64,000 nt of DNA from Alphaproteobacteria bacterium (lineage in GTDB: Bacteria > Pseudomonadota > Alphaproteobacteria > CAAHEQ01 > UBA3637): contig JAZLCE010000021.1 of the NCBI GenBank assembly GCA_045614025.1, forward strand, positions 887 to 64,886, given 5' to 3'. Made by a program: the position numbers and the translations under genes. Position 1 is the first letter of the stretch. The number at the start of each line of letters is the position of its first letter. The notes below the pieces were generated by a model. It was not told where the DNA came from, did not search any database, and saw only the letters and a program-made list of their open reading frames with translations. Shown one piece after another: positions 19,804 through 28,510 of this stretch.

Positions 19804-20565
19804 ATGCAATACATTAAAATCATATTTCTTTGTTTTTGTTTAATATTTAGCTTTCAATCTTTTGCAGAAAAAGAAAAAAACCAAACAAATCAAAAGTCTT
19901 TGAATGAGATTGTTGCAACTCTTACCAAAGGAATAGAAAATCCATTAAAAAAAGCTAAAGTTTTAGCCATTTTTATTGCAGAACATTATGAAAGAGATGG
20001 CTTTCTCAAAAAAGAAAAAGATAATGCCGCCAAAAAAGGAAAAACATATTCTATTCCTTATGAAAGCAACCTTTTTGAAGATAAAATTGGAGATAGTTAT
20101 GCTTTTGCAAAATTATACCAACAAATGTGTCAAATTGCAAAGTTAGAGTCCGTTATTATCGAAGGGTATGCTGGCAAACGCATTGAATCTTTTGGTGTTA
20201 AAAGAAAAGAGCAAAAAGCAATTAAACAAACTTTTAACACTCTTTTAAACAAACAAGACACATCTCTTGACCGATATAAATCAGCTTGGAATGCCGTTAA
20301 AATTGATAACAAATGGATTTTGGTTGATACATATTGGATGATTAAAGGGGAAAAATATTCTTATAAAAACATTCAATCAGAAAAAAAAATGAAACGCATT
20401 TTAAAACAAAATAAAAGCAAAAAAATTTCAAAACAAAACTCCTCTATTGACATGGATTTTTTTAACGCAAAACCAAAAGAGATGATTAAAACACATTATC
20501 CTTTTAATGAAACTTATCAACTTTTAAAAAAACCATATTCACTTAATCGTTTTTTAAACCAATAA
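19804..20565 (+). CDS. Secreted transglutaminase-like (KY/cysteine-protease fold) protein, probably catalytically inactive
   Basis: 253 aa with a signal peptide (MQYIKIIFLCFCLIFSFQSFA). GDSYAFAKLYQQMCQIAKLESVIIEGYAG ... SAWNAVKIDNKWILVDTYW matches the G-x-C-x-x-F-A ... HAWN.V..dgkW.l.D.TW core pattern. Ser sits in place of both the Cys and the His. Confidence 0.5.
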   Translation: MQYIKIIFLCFCLIFSFQSFAEKEKNQTNQKSLNEIVATLTKGIENPLKKAKVLAIFIAEHYERDGFLKKEKDNAAKKGKTYSIPYESNLFEDKIGDSYAFAKLYQQMCQIAKLESVIIEGYAGKRIESFGVKRKEQKAIKQTFNTLLNKQDTSLDRYKSAWNAVKIDNKWILVDTYWMIKGEKYSYKNIQSEKKMKRILKQNKSKKISKQNSSIDMDFFNAKPKEMIKTHYPFNETYQLLKKPYSLNRFLNQ

Positions 20566-20585
20566 GTTTTAATTTTTGAATTTCC

Positions 20586-20614
20586 TTGACGAAAAACAAA
20601 AAATAGGATATAAT
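20586..20614 (+). promoter_or_regulatory. Near-consensus sigma70 promoter for the 373-aa orphan
   Basis: TTGACG (20586-20591), a 17-nt spacer, then TATAAT (20609-20614), 32 nt upstream of the ATG. AAAGGG ribosome-binding site. Confidence 0.55.
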
Positions 20615-20645
20615 TGTTAAAGAAACAGAAGAAAGGGTAAAAAAA

Positions 20646-21767
20646 ATGACAACGGGTGCAGTTCAATCAAGATGGCAACAATTTAATGGAACTCAAATGC
20701 TTGTTTTAACACGTGAATCAGGCCAAGTTGTTGCGCTTTCAATTGGTCAAGTTTATCAAATTTTAAACCCCGTTGTTGTTGAAAATGGTTCATATACTTA
20801 TTTGGTTAATGTAACGGATGCAACATCACCAGAAGCTAAACAGGCACTTTACCTAACACAAAACCCTCGTTTTGCCGAAAATGCTTACCATATGACCTAT
20901 AACGAATTGGTTTCCATTGCACAAACTGGCGCCCCTGTGATTCAGGCACTTCTAGCTCAAAACACGCAAACACAGGGCGGTGCCTCAGGCATAAATGTAG
21001 CTGGAGCAATGACTGGAGTTGCAGGAGTGGCTCGATTAGGCGCCAGCAGCACAAACAGCATCACAAGTGGAGCCAATCAATTTGTGCGTGGCATTAATGG
21101 ATTTCAAAATGCAGAAGATATCGCCGATCTTTCTCGTGCTGCTGGCCAACTTTCCAATGGACTCAACCGCTTTGATGGATTAGCAAATAAAGGAAACGCC
21201 GCCGTTGATGCAACACAAAGCACGGATGATCGCAACTTCTTTTTATCAGCAGGAAACTGGCTTGATAATTCTTTATTTGGCAGCATTGCAGACATGATGC
21301 CTATTGATATGCTTAAAAAAGCATTCAAAATGGTTGGTGGTTGTTTTTCTGGTCTTTTCAAAACAATTGGGTATATGGTTGAGGGTGAATGGGATAAAGT
21401 TGGATCCGTAGGATTAAATTGGCTAAAAGATGCAGCCATTACAGGAGCACTCACTTACGGAGCTTATTATTTAGGAAAAGAGTTCAATTTGTTTGGAACA
21501 GGTGATGAAAAAACAACAACCTCTTCTTCTAGCGGTAATTCTAACAGCAACTCACAAACTGTTGACGTTTCTGTTTCAAAAGACGCTTCCTTATCATTAG
21601 AACATAGACCAAGTAGTAATAGCACACCTGTTGCTGTGTTAGATCAAGCAGGTAAAATTATCACAACTGGTAACAGTCATTTATCCAGAACGAGCACCAT
21701 TTTAAATGAAGATCAATCATCCACCGTTTTTCAATACCAAGTAAATCAAAAAGTGGATTCAAAATAA
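20646..21767 (+). CDS. Orphan Gly/Ala/Ser/Asn-rich protein with C-terminal hydrophobic/glycine-zipper-like region
   Basis: A 373-codon ORF in an AT-rich genome with its own promoter, RBS and terminator. Visibly more GC-rich than its neighbours. The central region is rich in G/A/S/N/T. Hydrophobic stretches FKMVGGCFSGLFKTIGYMV and AAITGALTYGAYYLG, then a Ser/Thr/Asn-rich tail. No family recognised. Confidence 0.6.
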   Translation: MTTGAVQSRWQQFNGTQMLVLTRESGQVVALSIGQVYQILNPVVVENGSYTYLVNVTDATSPEAKQALYLTQNPRFAENAYHMTYNELVSIAQTGAPVIQALLAQNTQTQGGASGINVAGAMTGVAGVARLGASSTNSITSGANQFVRGINGFQNAEDIADLSRAAGQLSNGLNRFDGLANKGNAAVDATQSTDDRNFFLSAGNWLDNSLFGSIADMMPIDMLKKAFKMVGGCFSGLFKTIGYMVEGEWDKVGSVGLNWLKDAAITGALTYGAYYLGKEFNLFGTGDEKTTTSSSSGNSNSNSQTVDVSVSKDASLSLEHRPSSNSTPVAVLDQAGKIITTGNSHLSRTSTILNEDQSSTVFQYQVNQKVDSK

Positions 21768-21799
21768 AAAAAAGCGACTTGAAAAAGTCGCTTTTTTTA
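21766..21799. terminator. Bidirectional rho-independent terminator between the orphan gene and frr
   Basis: AAAAAAAGCGACTT-gaaa-AAGTCGCTTTTTTT hairpin, flanked by an A-run and a T-run. Confidence 0.65.
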
Positions 21800-21811
21800 G
21801 ATCTTGTGCAT

Positions 21812-22372
21812 TTAGATTTGTTTAATTTCAACTTCTTTATTTTTTAAAGCATCATCTAAAGCTTTAATACCTTCATCCGTTAATTTTTGAATTTCTGTTT
21901 CATAACGTTTTTGTTCATCTTCTGTAATAGCATTATCATTTTTAAGCTTTTTAATTCCATCTAACGCATCACGACGAAGATTACGAACTGAAACACGAGC
22001 TGTTTCAGTGTATTTTCCAGCAATTTTAATCAATTCAATACGACGTTCTTCAGATAATGGTGGAATTGGGATTCGAATTACCACGCCATCATTCATTGGA
22101 TTTAAACCAAGTCCTGCTTCAACAATGGCTTTTTCAACTTTTTTAATCATTGACTTATCCCAAACAGAAACAGTTAACATTCTTGCATCTGATACAGCAA
22201 CATTTCCAACTTGATTTAATGGAACGATTGCCCCATAAGATTCAACCATAACACCATCTAAAAGAGCGGTTGTTGCGCGGCCTGTACGAAGACCTGAAAA
22301 ATCCTTTTTAAGAGAATCTTGTGTTTTAAGCAAGCGCTCTTGCATATCTTGTTTAATTTCTGAATATGACAT
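21812..22372 (-). CDS. frr: Ribosome recycling factor
   Basis: 186 aa from the ATG at 22372, preceded by AAAGGA. The ORF-track TTG start 10 codons upstream is less likely. LRTGRATTALLDGVMVESYG and the conserved C-terminal helical region. Confidence 0.93.
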   Translation of the reverse strand: MSYSEIKQDMQERLLKTQDSLKKDFSGLRTGRATTALLDGVMVESYGAIVPLNQVGNVAVSDARMLTVSVWDKSMIKKVEKAIVEAGLGLNPMNDGVVIRIPIPPLSEERRIELIKIAGKYTETARVSVRNLRRDALDGIKKLKNDNAITEDEQKRYETEIQKLTDEGIKALDDALKNKEVEIKQI

Positions 22373-22497
22373 AATAATTCCTTTTACTAAAATAAAAAAC
22401 AATAACTATATTTTACTTATTTTCAAAAAAAAATCAACCGATTTTTTTGGGTTAAAAATGCTTGAAATTTTATTTAAATCAAAATAAACTTTTATGT

Positions 22498-23814
22498 ATG
22501 AAAAAAATATATTTAAAAATTTTGCTCATCTTGATAGTTTGTTTTGTTGTTCTTCATTTAAGCAATAAAAAACAACAACTGCACATTTACCTTGATCCAG
22601 CAACAACTCCCACTCTTTTACAAATGGTTGATTTCATTCAAAAGCCAACAAAAGATTTTAAAATTATCAGCTGGAATCGATTTGATCATTATATCAAAAA
22701 TAAAGAAAATTTTCAAAACACTTTTTTCATTCCTGTTGATAAAAATTATATTTCAGAAGATTCCTATTTCTTTTTTCAGATCAAAAAACTTCTCAAAAAA
22801 AATCCAAACACAGATATTCATCTTCATTTTAATTTAACGCATCCTACAGCTTATCACTTTCTTGTGAATCATCCTTTAATCAAAAATAAAATCAAGTCTG
22901 TCCACATCTACGAAGATGCAAGTGGTCATATTTTTAGAGACGAAAACGTATCTTTTTTTCCAAAATCACCTATTCCAAAACCATTTTTTTATCATTGGGG
23001 CAACCCTAATAAAATATGCGCGCCAGATTTTTCTTCTGATAGTTGCAAAAACTTTAATACAATTAAGCTATACACCATACCTATTCAAATTGATTTTAAA
23101 AAACTTACAAAAAGCCTTTCTGAATCTGACAAAAAAAAGATCTTTGATCTTGCAGGATTTGATTATGAAAAAATGAATCAATTATTAAACAAAAAAAATC
23201 CTCATTTTTATATTCTTGGCTATAATTGGAGAAGTAGTTTTTATGGCGCACAATTATCCGCGTTAAAAGAACTTTGCAATTCCAAAACAAATAAAAACAT
23301 CACCTGGTTTTATAAAAATCATCCAAACAATAAATTTGTTCCAACTCATAGAACTCTTCAACATCTTTGCCCAAATATTGAACCGATTGACGCGCATATA
23401 CCTTTTGAACTTTTATTAATTGGCGGATTTAAAAATATAAAAGTTTCTGGATACTCTTCAAGTTTATTTTTTAATCAAGAAAAAGAAAATATCTCAAACT
23501 ATATGTTACGGGAAAATGATCCCTATATTCAAATTTTAACAAAAGCAAAATCATTAAAGGAAGATCAGATATGGGATATTCCAAAACAAAAAGTATCTCT
23601 TGAAAAAAGCAATATTTTTGAGCTTGTTTATGATCAAAAAAACGAAAGAGCTAAGTGGTATCTTAAAATAGATGAACATACCTTATTAGATATTTTCAAC
23701 GATCACACTATCAAGATTTTAAACCAAACACCAACAACTCTTTTGATTGAAGATGAAAATAAAAAAGAAACATATAAAAAAGATGAATTTTATCGTTATA
23801 TTCTGACTGAATAA
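22498..23814 (+). CDS. GT80-family (Pasteurella PmST1/PM0188-type) sialyltransferase homologue, membrane-anchored
   Basis: 438 aa from the ATG at 22498 (TTG at 22462 is also possible, and neither has a clear Shine-Dalgarno). N-terminal TM anchor. LHIYLDPATTPTLLQMVDF, IHLHFNLTH, IYEDASG (position of the YDDGS motif), WFYKNHP (HP motif), IPFELLLIGG and VSGYSSSLFF (Ser-Ser motif) follow the PmST1 sequence as I recall it. Confidence 0.72.
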   Translation: MKKIYLKILLILIVCFVVLHLSNKKQQLHIYLDPATTPTLLQMVDFIQKPTKDFKIISWNRFDHYIKNKENFQNTFFIPVDKNYISEDSYFFFQIKKLLKKNPNTDIHLHFNLTHPTAYHFLVNHPLIKNKIKSVHIYEDASGHIFRDENVSFFPKSPIPKPFFYHWGNPNKICAPDFSSDSCKNFNTIKLYTIPIQIDFKKLTKSLSESDKKKIFDLAGFDYEKMNQLLNKKNPHFYILGYNWRSSFYGAQLSALKELCNSKTNKNITWFYKNHPNNKFVPTHRTLQHLCPNIEPIDAHIPFELLLIGGFKNIKVSGYSSSLFFNQEKENISNYMLRENDPYIQILTKAKSLKEDQIWDIPKQKVSLEKSNIFELVYDQKNERAKWYLKIDEHTLLDIFNDHTIKILNQTPTTLLIEDENKKETYKKDEFYRYILTE

Positions 23815-23880
23815 CCAAAAAACCCTTTAAACGCACATTTTTCCCTTGCGTTTTAAAAAGAATTTAAGTAAGATGAACCT

Positions 23881-25869
23881 ATGTCTGATTTATTTAATGC
23901 TACACAACAAAAAAATGAATACTCCGCTAGAGATATTGAAGTTCTAGAGGGGTTAGAACCAGTTCGTAAACGCCCAGGGATGTATATTGGCGGGATTGAT
24001 GAACGCGCCTATCATCATTTGGTCGCAGAAATTATTGATAATGCTATGGATGAAGCTGTGGCCGGATATGCCACAAATATTGAAGTAAATTTATCAGCAG
24101 ATGGATATGTAACCGTGAAAGATAATGGTCGCGGGATTCCTGTTGATCCACATCCAAAATATCCTGATAAATCCGCATTAGAAGTTATTACAACGACCTT
24201 ACACTCGGGTGGTAAATTTGGCGGCGGAGCTTATGGTGTTTCTGGTGGATTACACGGCGTTGGTTTATCTGCTGTTAATGCCTTATCTTCACATATGATT
24301 ATTGAAGTTGCCAGAGAGAAAAAGCTTTATCGTCAAGAATATAAACAAGGCAAACCAATCACGGATCTTGTTTGTGTGGGAAGCGTTAGTAATAGACGGG
24401 GCACAAGCGTTTCATTTATTCCAGATACTGAAATTTTTGGGGAAAACACTAAGTTTAAACCATCAACTTTATTTAGAATGAGCCGCACAAAAGCTTTCTT
24501 ATTCCGCGGGGTTGAAATTCGTTGGACATGTGATCCACTTTTGATTGGAAATGATGATAAAACACCTTCAGAACAAATTTTAAAATTTCCAAACGGGGTT
24601 GCAGACTTTTTAGATTATTTAACTAAAGACAGATCTGTTGTTACACCAAAGCCTTTTACTGGAAGAATTGAATTACCTGATAATGAAGGGGCCGTTGAAT
24701 GGGCCATTTGTTGGATGGATGATTTTAAAGATGGCTTTTCTTATTCTTATTGTAACACGGTTGTAACGCCTTTAGGTGGAACACACGAAACAGGTTTAAG
24801 AGCTGGGTTAACAAAATCTTTGCGTGCTTATGCAGAAATGTCTGGCAATAAAAAAGCTTCAGATATTACAGCTGATGATATTTTAAATACAGCTGGCGTT
24901 ATGCTTTCCGTCTTTATCAAAGATCCTCAATTCCAAGGTCAAACAAAAGAAAAATTAGTCACAACAAGCGCCGCTCGTTTAGTTGAAAACGCTATTAAAG
25001 ATCCTTTTGATCATTGGCTTAGTCGGGATATTAAATCTTCAAATATTTTGCTTGATTATATTGTTGAAAAAGCAGAAGAAAGAAAAAGAAAGAAAAAAAC
25101 ACTAGAAACAACACGCGCAAGTGCAACGAAAAAATTGCGCTTACCTGGTAAATTAGCCGATTGTTCCCATAACAAAACAAATGGAACAGAACTTTTCTTG
25201 GTTGAAGGAGATTCAGCTGGTGGATCTGCAAAACAAGCAAGAAATAGAGAAACACAAGCTATTTTGCCTCTTCGTGGTAAAATTTTAAATGTTATCAGTG
25301 CTTCTCAAGATAAAATTTTGGCTAATGAAGAAATTAAAGATATGACTGAAGCCCTCGGTTGTGGTCGCCGTGATAAATATAATGAAGATGCTCTTCGTTA
25401 TGAAAAAGTTATCATTATGACAGATGCTGACGTTGATGGCGCCCATATTGCTTCGTTATTAATGTCTTTCTTCTATCAAGAAATGCCAAAACTGATTGAA
25501 AATGGACATTTATTTTTAGCATTACCTCCACTTTATCGTTTAACCCAAGGAGGTAAATCTGTTTATGCAGCTGATGATGAAGAAAAAGATAAAATTTTAA
25601 AAACTGTCTTTAAAAATGCTAAGAATGTTGACATTTCTCGATTTAAAGGTTTGGGTGAAATGCCTCCTCAACAACTTAAAGAAACTACAATGGACCCTAA
25701 AAAAAGAACATTGTTAAAAGTTGTTGTTCCTCATAAAACAACCGAAGAAGAAGCCGAAGAAGCAGCCTATACAAAAAATGTTGTTTCGCGTCTTATGGGA
25801 AATAAACCTGAATATCGTTTCCAATTTATTCAGGAACACGCTCGTTTTGTTGAGAATTTAGATATATAA
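23881..25869 (+). CDS. parE: DNA topoisomerase IV subunit B
   Basis: 662 aa, which is ParE-sized and too short for GyrB. EGLEPVRKRPGMYIGG, LVEGDSAGGSAKQARNR, IIMTDADVDGAHI, SRFKGLGEM. Confidence 0.88.
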   Translation: MSDLFNATQQKNEYSARDIEVLEGLEPVRKRPGMYIGGIDERAYHHLVAEIIDNAMDEAVAGYATNIEVNLSADGYVTVKDNGRGIPVDPHPKYPDKSALEVITTTLHSGGKFGGGAYGVSGGLHGVGLSAVNALSSHMIIEVAREKKLYRQEYKQGKPITDLVCVGSVSNRRGTSVSFIPDTEIFGENTKFKPSTLFRMSRTKAFLFRGVEIRWTCDPLLIGNDDKTPSEQILKFPNGVADFLDYLTKDRSVVTPKPFTGRIELPDNEGAVEWAICWMDDFKDGFSYSYCNTVVTPLGGTHETGLRAGLTKSLRAYAEMSGNKKASDITADDILNTAGVMLSVFIKDPQFQGQTKEKLVTTSAARLVENAIKDPFDHWLSRDIKSSNILLDYIVEKAEERKRKKKTLETTRASATKKLRLPGKLADCSHNKTNGTELFLVEGDSAGGSAKQARNRETQAILPLRGKILNVISASQDKILANEEIKDMTEALGCGRRDKYNEDALRYEKVIIMTDADVDGAHIASLLMSFFYQEMPKLIENGHLFLALPPLYRLTQGGKSVYAADDEEKDKILKTVFKNAKNVDISRFKGLGEMPPQQLKETTMDPKKRTLLKVVVPHKTTEEEAEEAAYTKNVVSRLMGNKPEYRFQFIQEHARFVENLDI

Positions 25870-25880
25870 TCGGAGAAAAA

Positions 25881-26450
25881 ATGAATTTCATTATCACTCT
25901 TTCTGGACAATTGGGCAGTGGAAAATCAACTGTTGGGAAGCTACTTGCAAAAAAACTTGGATATACTTTTTATTCCACAGGAAATGCCCAACGCAAAATT
26001 GCAGCAGAACGAGGATTAACAACTCTTGAACTTAACAAGCTTTCCATGACGGATTCAAGCATTGATGCACAAATTGATTCTATTTTCAAGGAATTAGCCT
26101 GCCAAGATGATAACTTTATTGTGGATTCTAGATTGGGTTTCTTTTTTATCCCCTCTTCCTTAAAAGTAAAATTAAATGTTGAAACAAAGGTTGCAGCTGA
26201 ACGCATTTTTAACGATCCAAATCGATCAGAAGAAAAAAAATATTCTTCTGTTCAAGATGCCGAAAGTGCACTTTTAAACAGACGCGCATTAGAAGTTGAA
26301 AGATTTAAAAAATTATATCATGTGGATATCGATAATGAAGCAAATTTTGATTTGATTATTGATACCTCATATAAAACGCCAGAAGAAATTGCTAATTTAA
26401 TAATAGAAAAATTTCAAAAATTTCAAAAAAGACGACTTAAGGAAAGTTAA
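25881..26450 (+). CDS. Cytidylate-kinase-like P-loop NMP kinase family protein
   Basis: 189 aa. P-loop GQLGSGKSTVGKLLAKKLGY. Size and layout fit short (archaeal-type) cytidylate kinase-like proteins. Substrate is not inferable. Confidence 0.55.
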   Translation: MNFIITLSGQLGSGKSTVGKLLAKKLGYTFYSTGNAQRKIAAERGLTTLELNKLSMTDSSIDAQIDSIFKELACQDDNFIVDSRLGFFFIPSSLKVKLNVETKVAAERIFNDPNRSEEKKYSSVQDAESALLNRRALEVERFKKLYHVDIDNEANFDLIIDTSYKTPEEIANLIIEKFQKFQKRRLKES

Positions 26451-26464
26451 AATAAATAACAAAT

Positions 26465-26497
26465 AAAAAAACAATCAAATTAAAGATTGTTTTTTTT
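26465..26497. terminator. Rho-independent terminator between convergent kinase-like and flavoprotein genes
   Basis: AAAAAACAATC-aaattaaa-GATTGTTTTTTTT hairpin. The stem is AT-rich. Confidence 0.5.
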
Positions 26498-26560
26498 ATA
26501 TTTAACTACACATTAGCACATATAAATTATATTTATTTTGATAAAGCAACTTCTTTAAAT

Positions 26561-27190
26561 TTATTCACGAATAAAATTCGTCATTTCCTTTTTTTCATTT
26601 TGAGGCGGATAAATATTATTTTCTTTTCCAATTTGAATAAGATTTAAATAATAAGCCATATTCTTTGCTAAATGACGCATTGTTTGAAGACCTTCTTTAT
26701 CTTTTAAAACATCTTCTGGCTTTGAACCATGAACCATATTCCAATAACTAGAAGAAATAACAGGCATTTGATTAATTAAAAAATATTTCTGGATCACATC
26801 TAAACTTGATGATGTCCCTGCTCTTCTTGCGGAAACAACAGCTGCAGCAGGTTTATGAACCAAATTCTTTCCCGCTGCAAAAAATAATCTATCTAAAACG
26901 CTTATTAATCGTCCTGAAGGATGCGCATAATAAACAGGTGAACCAAATATAAATCCATCTGCCTCTTTTGTTTTTTCAATCAAATCATTTACCACATCAT
27001 CATAAATGCATTTACCATTTAATTTTGAACGACAAAGACCACATCCAATACAATCATGATATTCTTTTGCACCCAACTGAATGATTTCAGTTTCAATTCC
27101 TTCTTGATTTAAAACTATAGCAACTTCATTTAATGCTGTAAATGTGCACCCATTTTCATTTGACGAACCATTAATTAATAAAACTTTCAT
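26561..27190 (-). CDS. NADPH-dependent FMN reductase / iron-sulfur flavoprotein-like (flavodoxin fold)
   Basis: 209 aa. MKVLLINGSSNENGCT start, Cys cluster CIGCGLC...C, FGSPVYYAHPSG. Confidence 0.72.
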   Translation of the reverse strand: MKVLLINGSSNENGCTFTALNEVAIVLNQEGIETEIIQLGAKEYHDCIGCGLCRSKLNGKCIYDDVVNDLIEKTKEADGFIFGSPVYYAHPSGRLISVLDRLFFAAGKNLVHKPAAAVVSARRAGTSSSLDVIQKYFLINQMPVISSSYWNMVHGSKPEDVLKDKEGLQTMRHLAKNMAYYLNLIQIGKENNIYPPQNEKKEMTNFIRE

Positions 27191-27199
27191 CTTATCTCC

Positions 27200-28477
27200 T
27201 TATTTCTTTTTTAAAAGAACAGCATAAAATCCATCTTGTTGCCCATTTACATTTGGCAAAACTTGAACAGCTCCAAATTCATTTAAAAATGGCTTCAATA
27301 TTATATTATTTGGTGTTAAACGTTCTATATCCATATGATCTTTTAAAAAAGATTGAACAAGAGCTTCATTTTCTTCTTTTTGAAGCGAACATGTTGAATA
27401 AACCAGTTCTCCCCCTTTTTTTAGTAATTTATATGCCTTATGAAGCAATGATTTTTGAAGTTCCGATAAACGAATCACATCTTCTTGTTCTCGTATATAC
27501 ATTAAATCAGGATGGCGTTTAATGGTTCCTGTTGCAGAACAAGGAGCATCTAATAAAATAAAATCATATTTTTCTGTGCCCTCAATTTCAAGAGCATCAG
27601 AGCATATCACCTTTACATTCTCTTGCATATTAAGACGATCTAAATTTTCTTTTAAACGCTCTAAACGATTTAAAGAAATATCATAAGCATCAACTTTTGC
27701 TCCTAAAACAACTAATTCAGCTGTTTTTCCACCTGGAGCTGCACAAAGATCCGCACCTTTTTTTCCTTTAACAGAGGAAAATAATATTGCAGGCAAAGCA
27801 GCAGAAGCTTCTTGAACCCACCACTCACCTTCTTTAAATCCTTCTAAGGAAGTAATATTTTCAGAGTAATGACAACGAATTGTATTTTGATTTATCAAAG
27901 TTCCATTTAGTTTTTTTGCCCATTCTTTTGGATTTTCTTTTACTGAAATGTCTAAAAATGGTTCCGAATTAAAATAACGCACAAAAGATCTTGTTTGTTC
28001 TTCCCCATAAACAGATAACCAACTATCTTTTAACCACCCTGGTAAATTTAACAATTCATCTGGTAATTTTTCCAGCATCTTATTACAAACAGCATGCAAA
28101 ACCCCATTCACAAAGCCAGAAAAAAACTTTAGTCTTAAAACCTTTGTTAAATCAACCGATGTATCAACAACAGCGTGTGGTGGCGTTTTTAAAAAATAAA
28201 GTTGAACAATAGCTAAAATTAAAATACGCTCAACTTCCTTTTTTTTACCTGAAAAATTTTTTTTCACATACTGTGACAAAATTTCTTTAGCCTGACCATA
28301 TCGTCTTAATGTTGTTAACACAAGAAGACGAACAAATTTTTCATCCGCAGAAGACATCTCTTTTAAATTTTTGCATCTTGCAAATGAAAGTGTTACTGTT
28401 ATTTTATTATCCAAAACATCTTTTAAAATCTCAAGAGCAGCCGCTCTTGTTTGAAGTGCTGGTTTCATCTGTTTCAT
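27200..28477 (-). CDS. rsmB: 16S rRNA (cytosine967-C5)-methyltransferase RsmB/Sun
   Basis: 425 aa. N-terminal NusB-like region, SAM site DLCAAPGGKTAEL and catalytic LLDAPCSATGTIKRHPD. An alternative ATG lies 3 codons in (28468) with AGGA upstream. Confidence 0.88.
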   Translation of the reverse strand: MKQMKPALQTRAAALEILKDVLDNKITVTLSFARCKNLKEMSSADEKFVRLLVLTTLRRYGQAKEILSQYVKKNFSGKKKEVERILILAIVQLYFLKTPPHAVVDTSVDLTKVLRLKFFSGFVNGVLHAVCNKMLEKLPDELLNLPGWLKDSWLSVYGEEQTRSFVRYFNSEPFLDISVKENPKEWAKKLNGTLINQNTIRCHYSENITSLEGFKEGEWWVQEASAALPAILFSSVKGKKGADLCAAPGGKTAELVVLGAKVDAYDISLNRLERLKENLDRLNMQENVKVICSDALEIEGTEKYDFILLDAPCSATGTIKRHPDLMYIREQEDVIRLSELQKSLLHKAYKLLKKGGELVYSTCSLQKEENEALVQSFLKDHMDIERLTPNNIILKPFLNEFGAVQVLPNVNGQQDGFYAVLLKKK

Positions 28478-28482
28478 CCTAT

Positions 28483-28510
28483 AAAAAAGAGAGGCTGGGC
28501 CTCTCTTTTA
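28483..28510 (-). terminator. Rho-independent terminator after ftsZ
   Basis: AGAGAGGC-tgg-GCCTCTCT hairpin (28488-28506). On the minus strand it is followed by TTTTTTAT. It sits 12 nt after the ftsZ stop and 10 nt before the rsmB ATG. Confidence 0.6.

Noticed and set aside
21104-21454. 116-aa minus-strand ORF antisense to the 373-aa orphan gene
   Set aside because: The plus-strand ORF is three times longer and has a promoter, RBS and terminator. The antisense ORF has none of these.
23131-23198. A8 tracts inside the GT80 gene (23131-23138, 23191-23198) and an A9 tract in the transglutaminase-like gene (20381-20389) as phase-variation switches
   Set aside because: Homopolymers of 8-9 A/T occur throughout this AT-rich window, including intergenic DNA. 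They are Lys-codon runs and are not enriched in the glycosyltransferase genes. There is no evidence of length variation from a single sequence.
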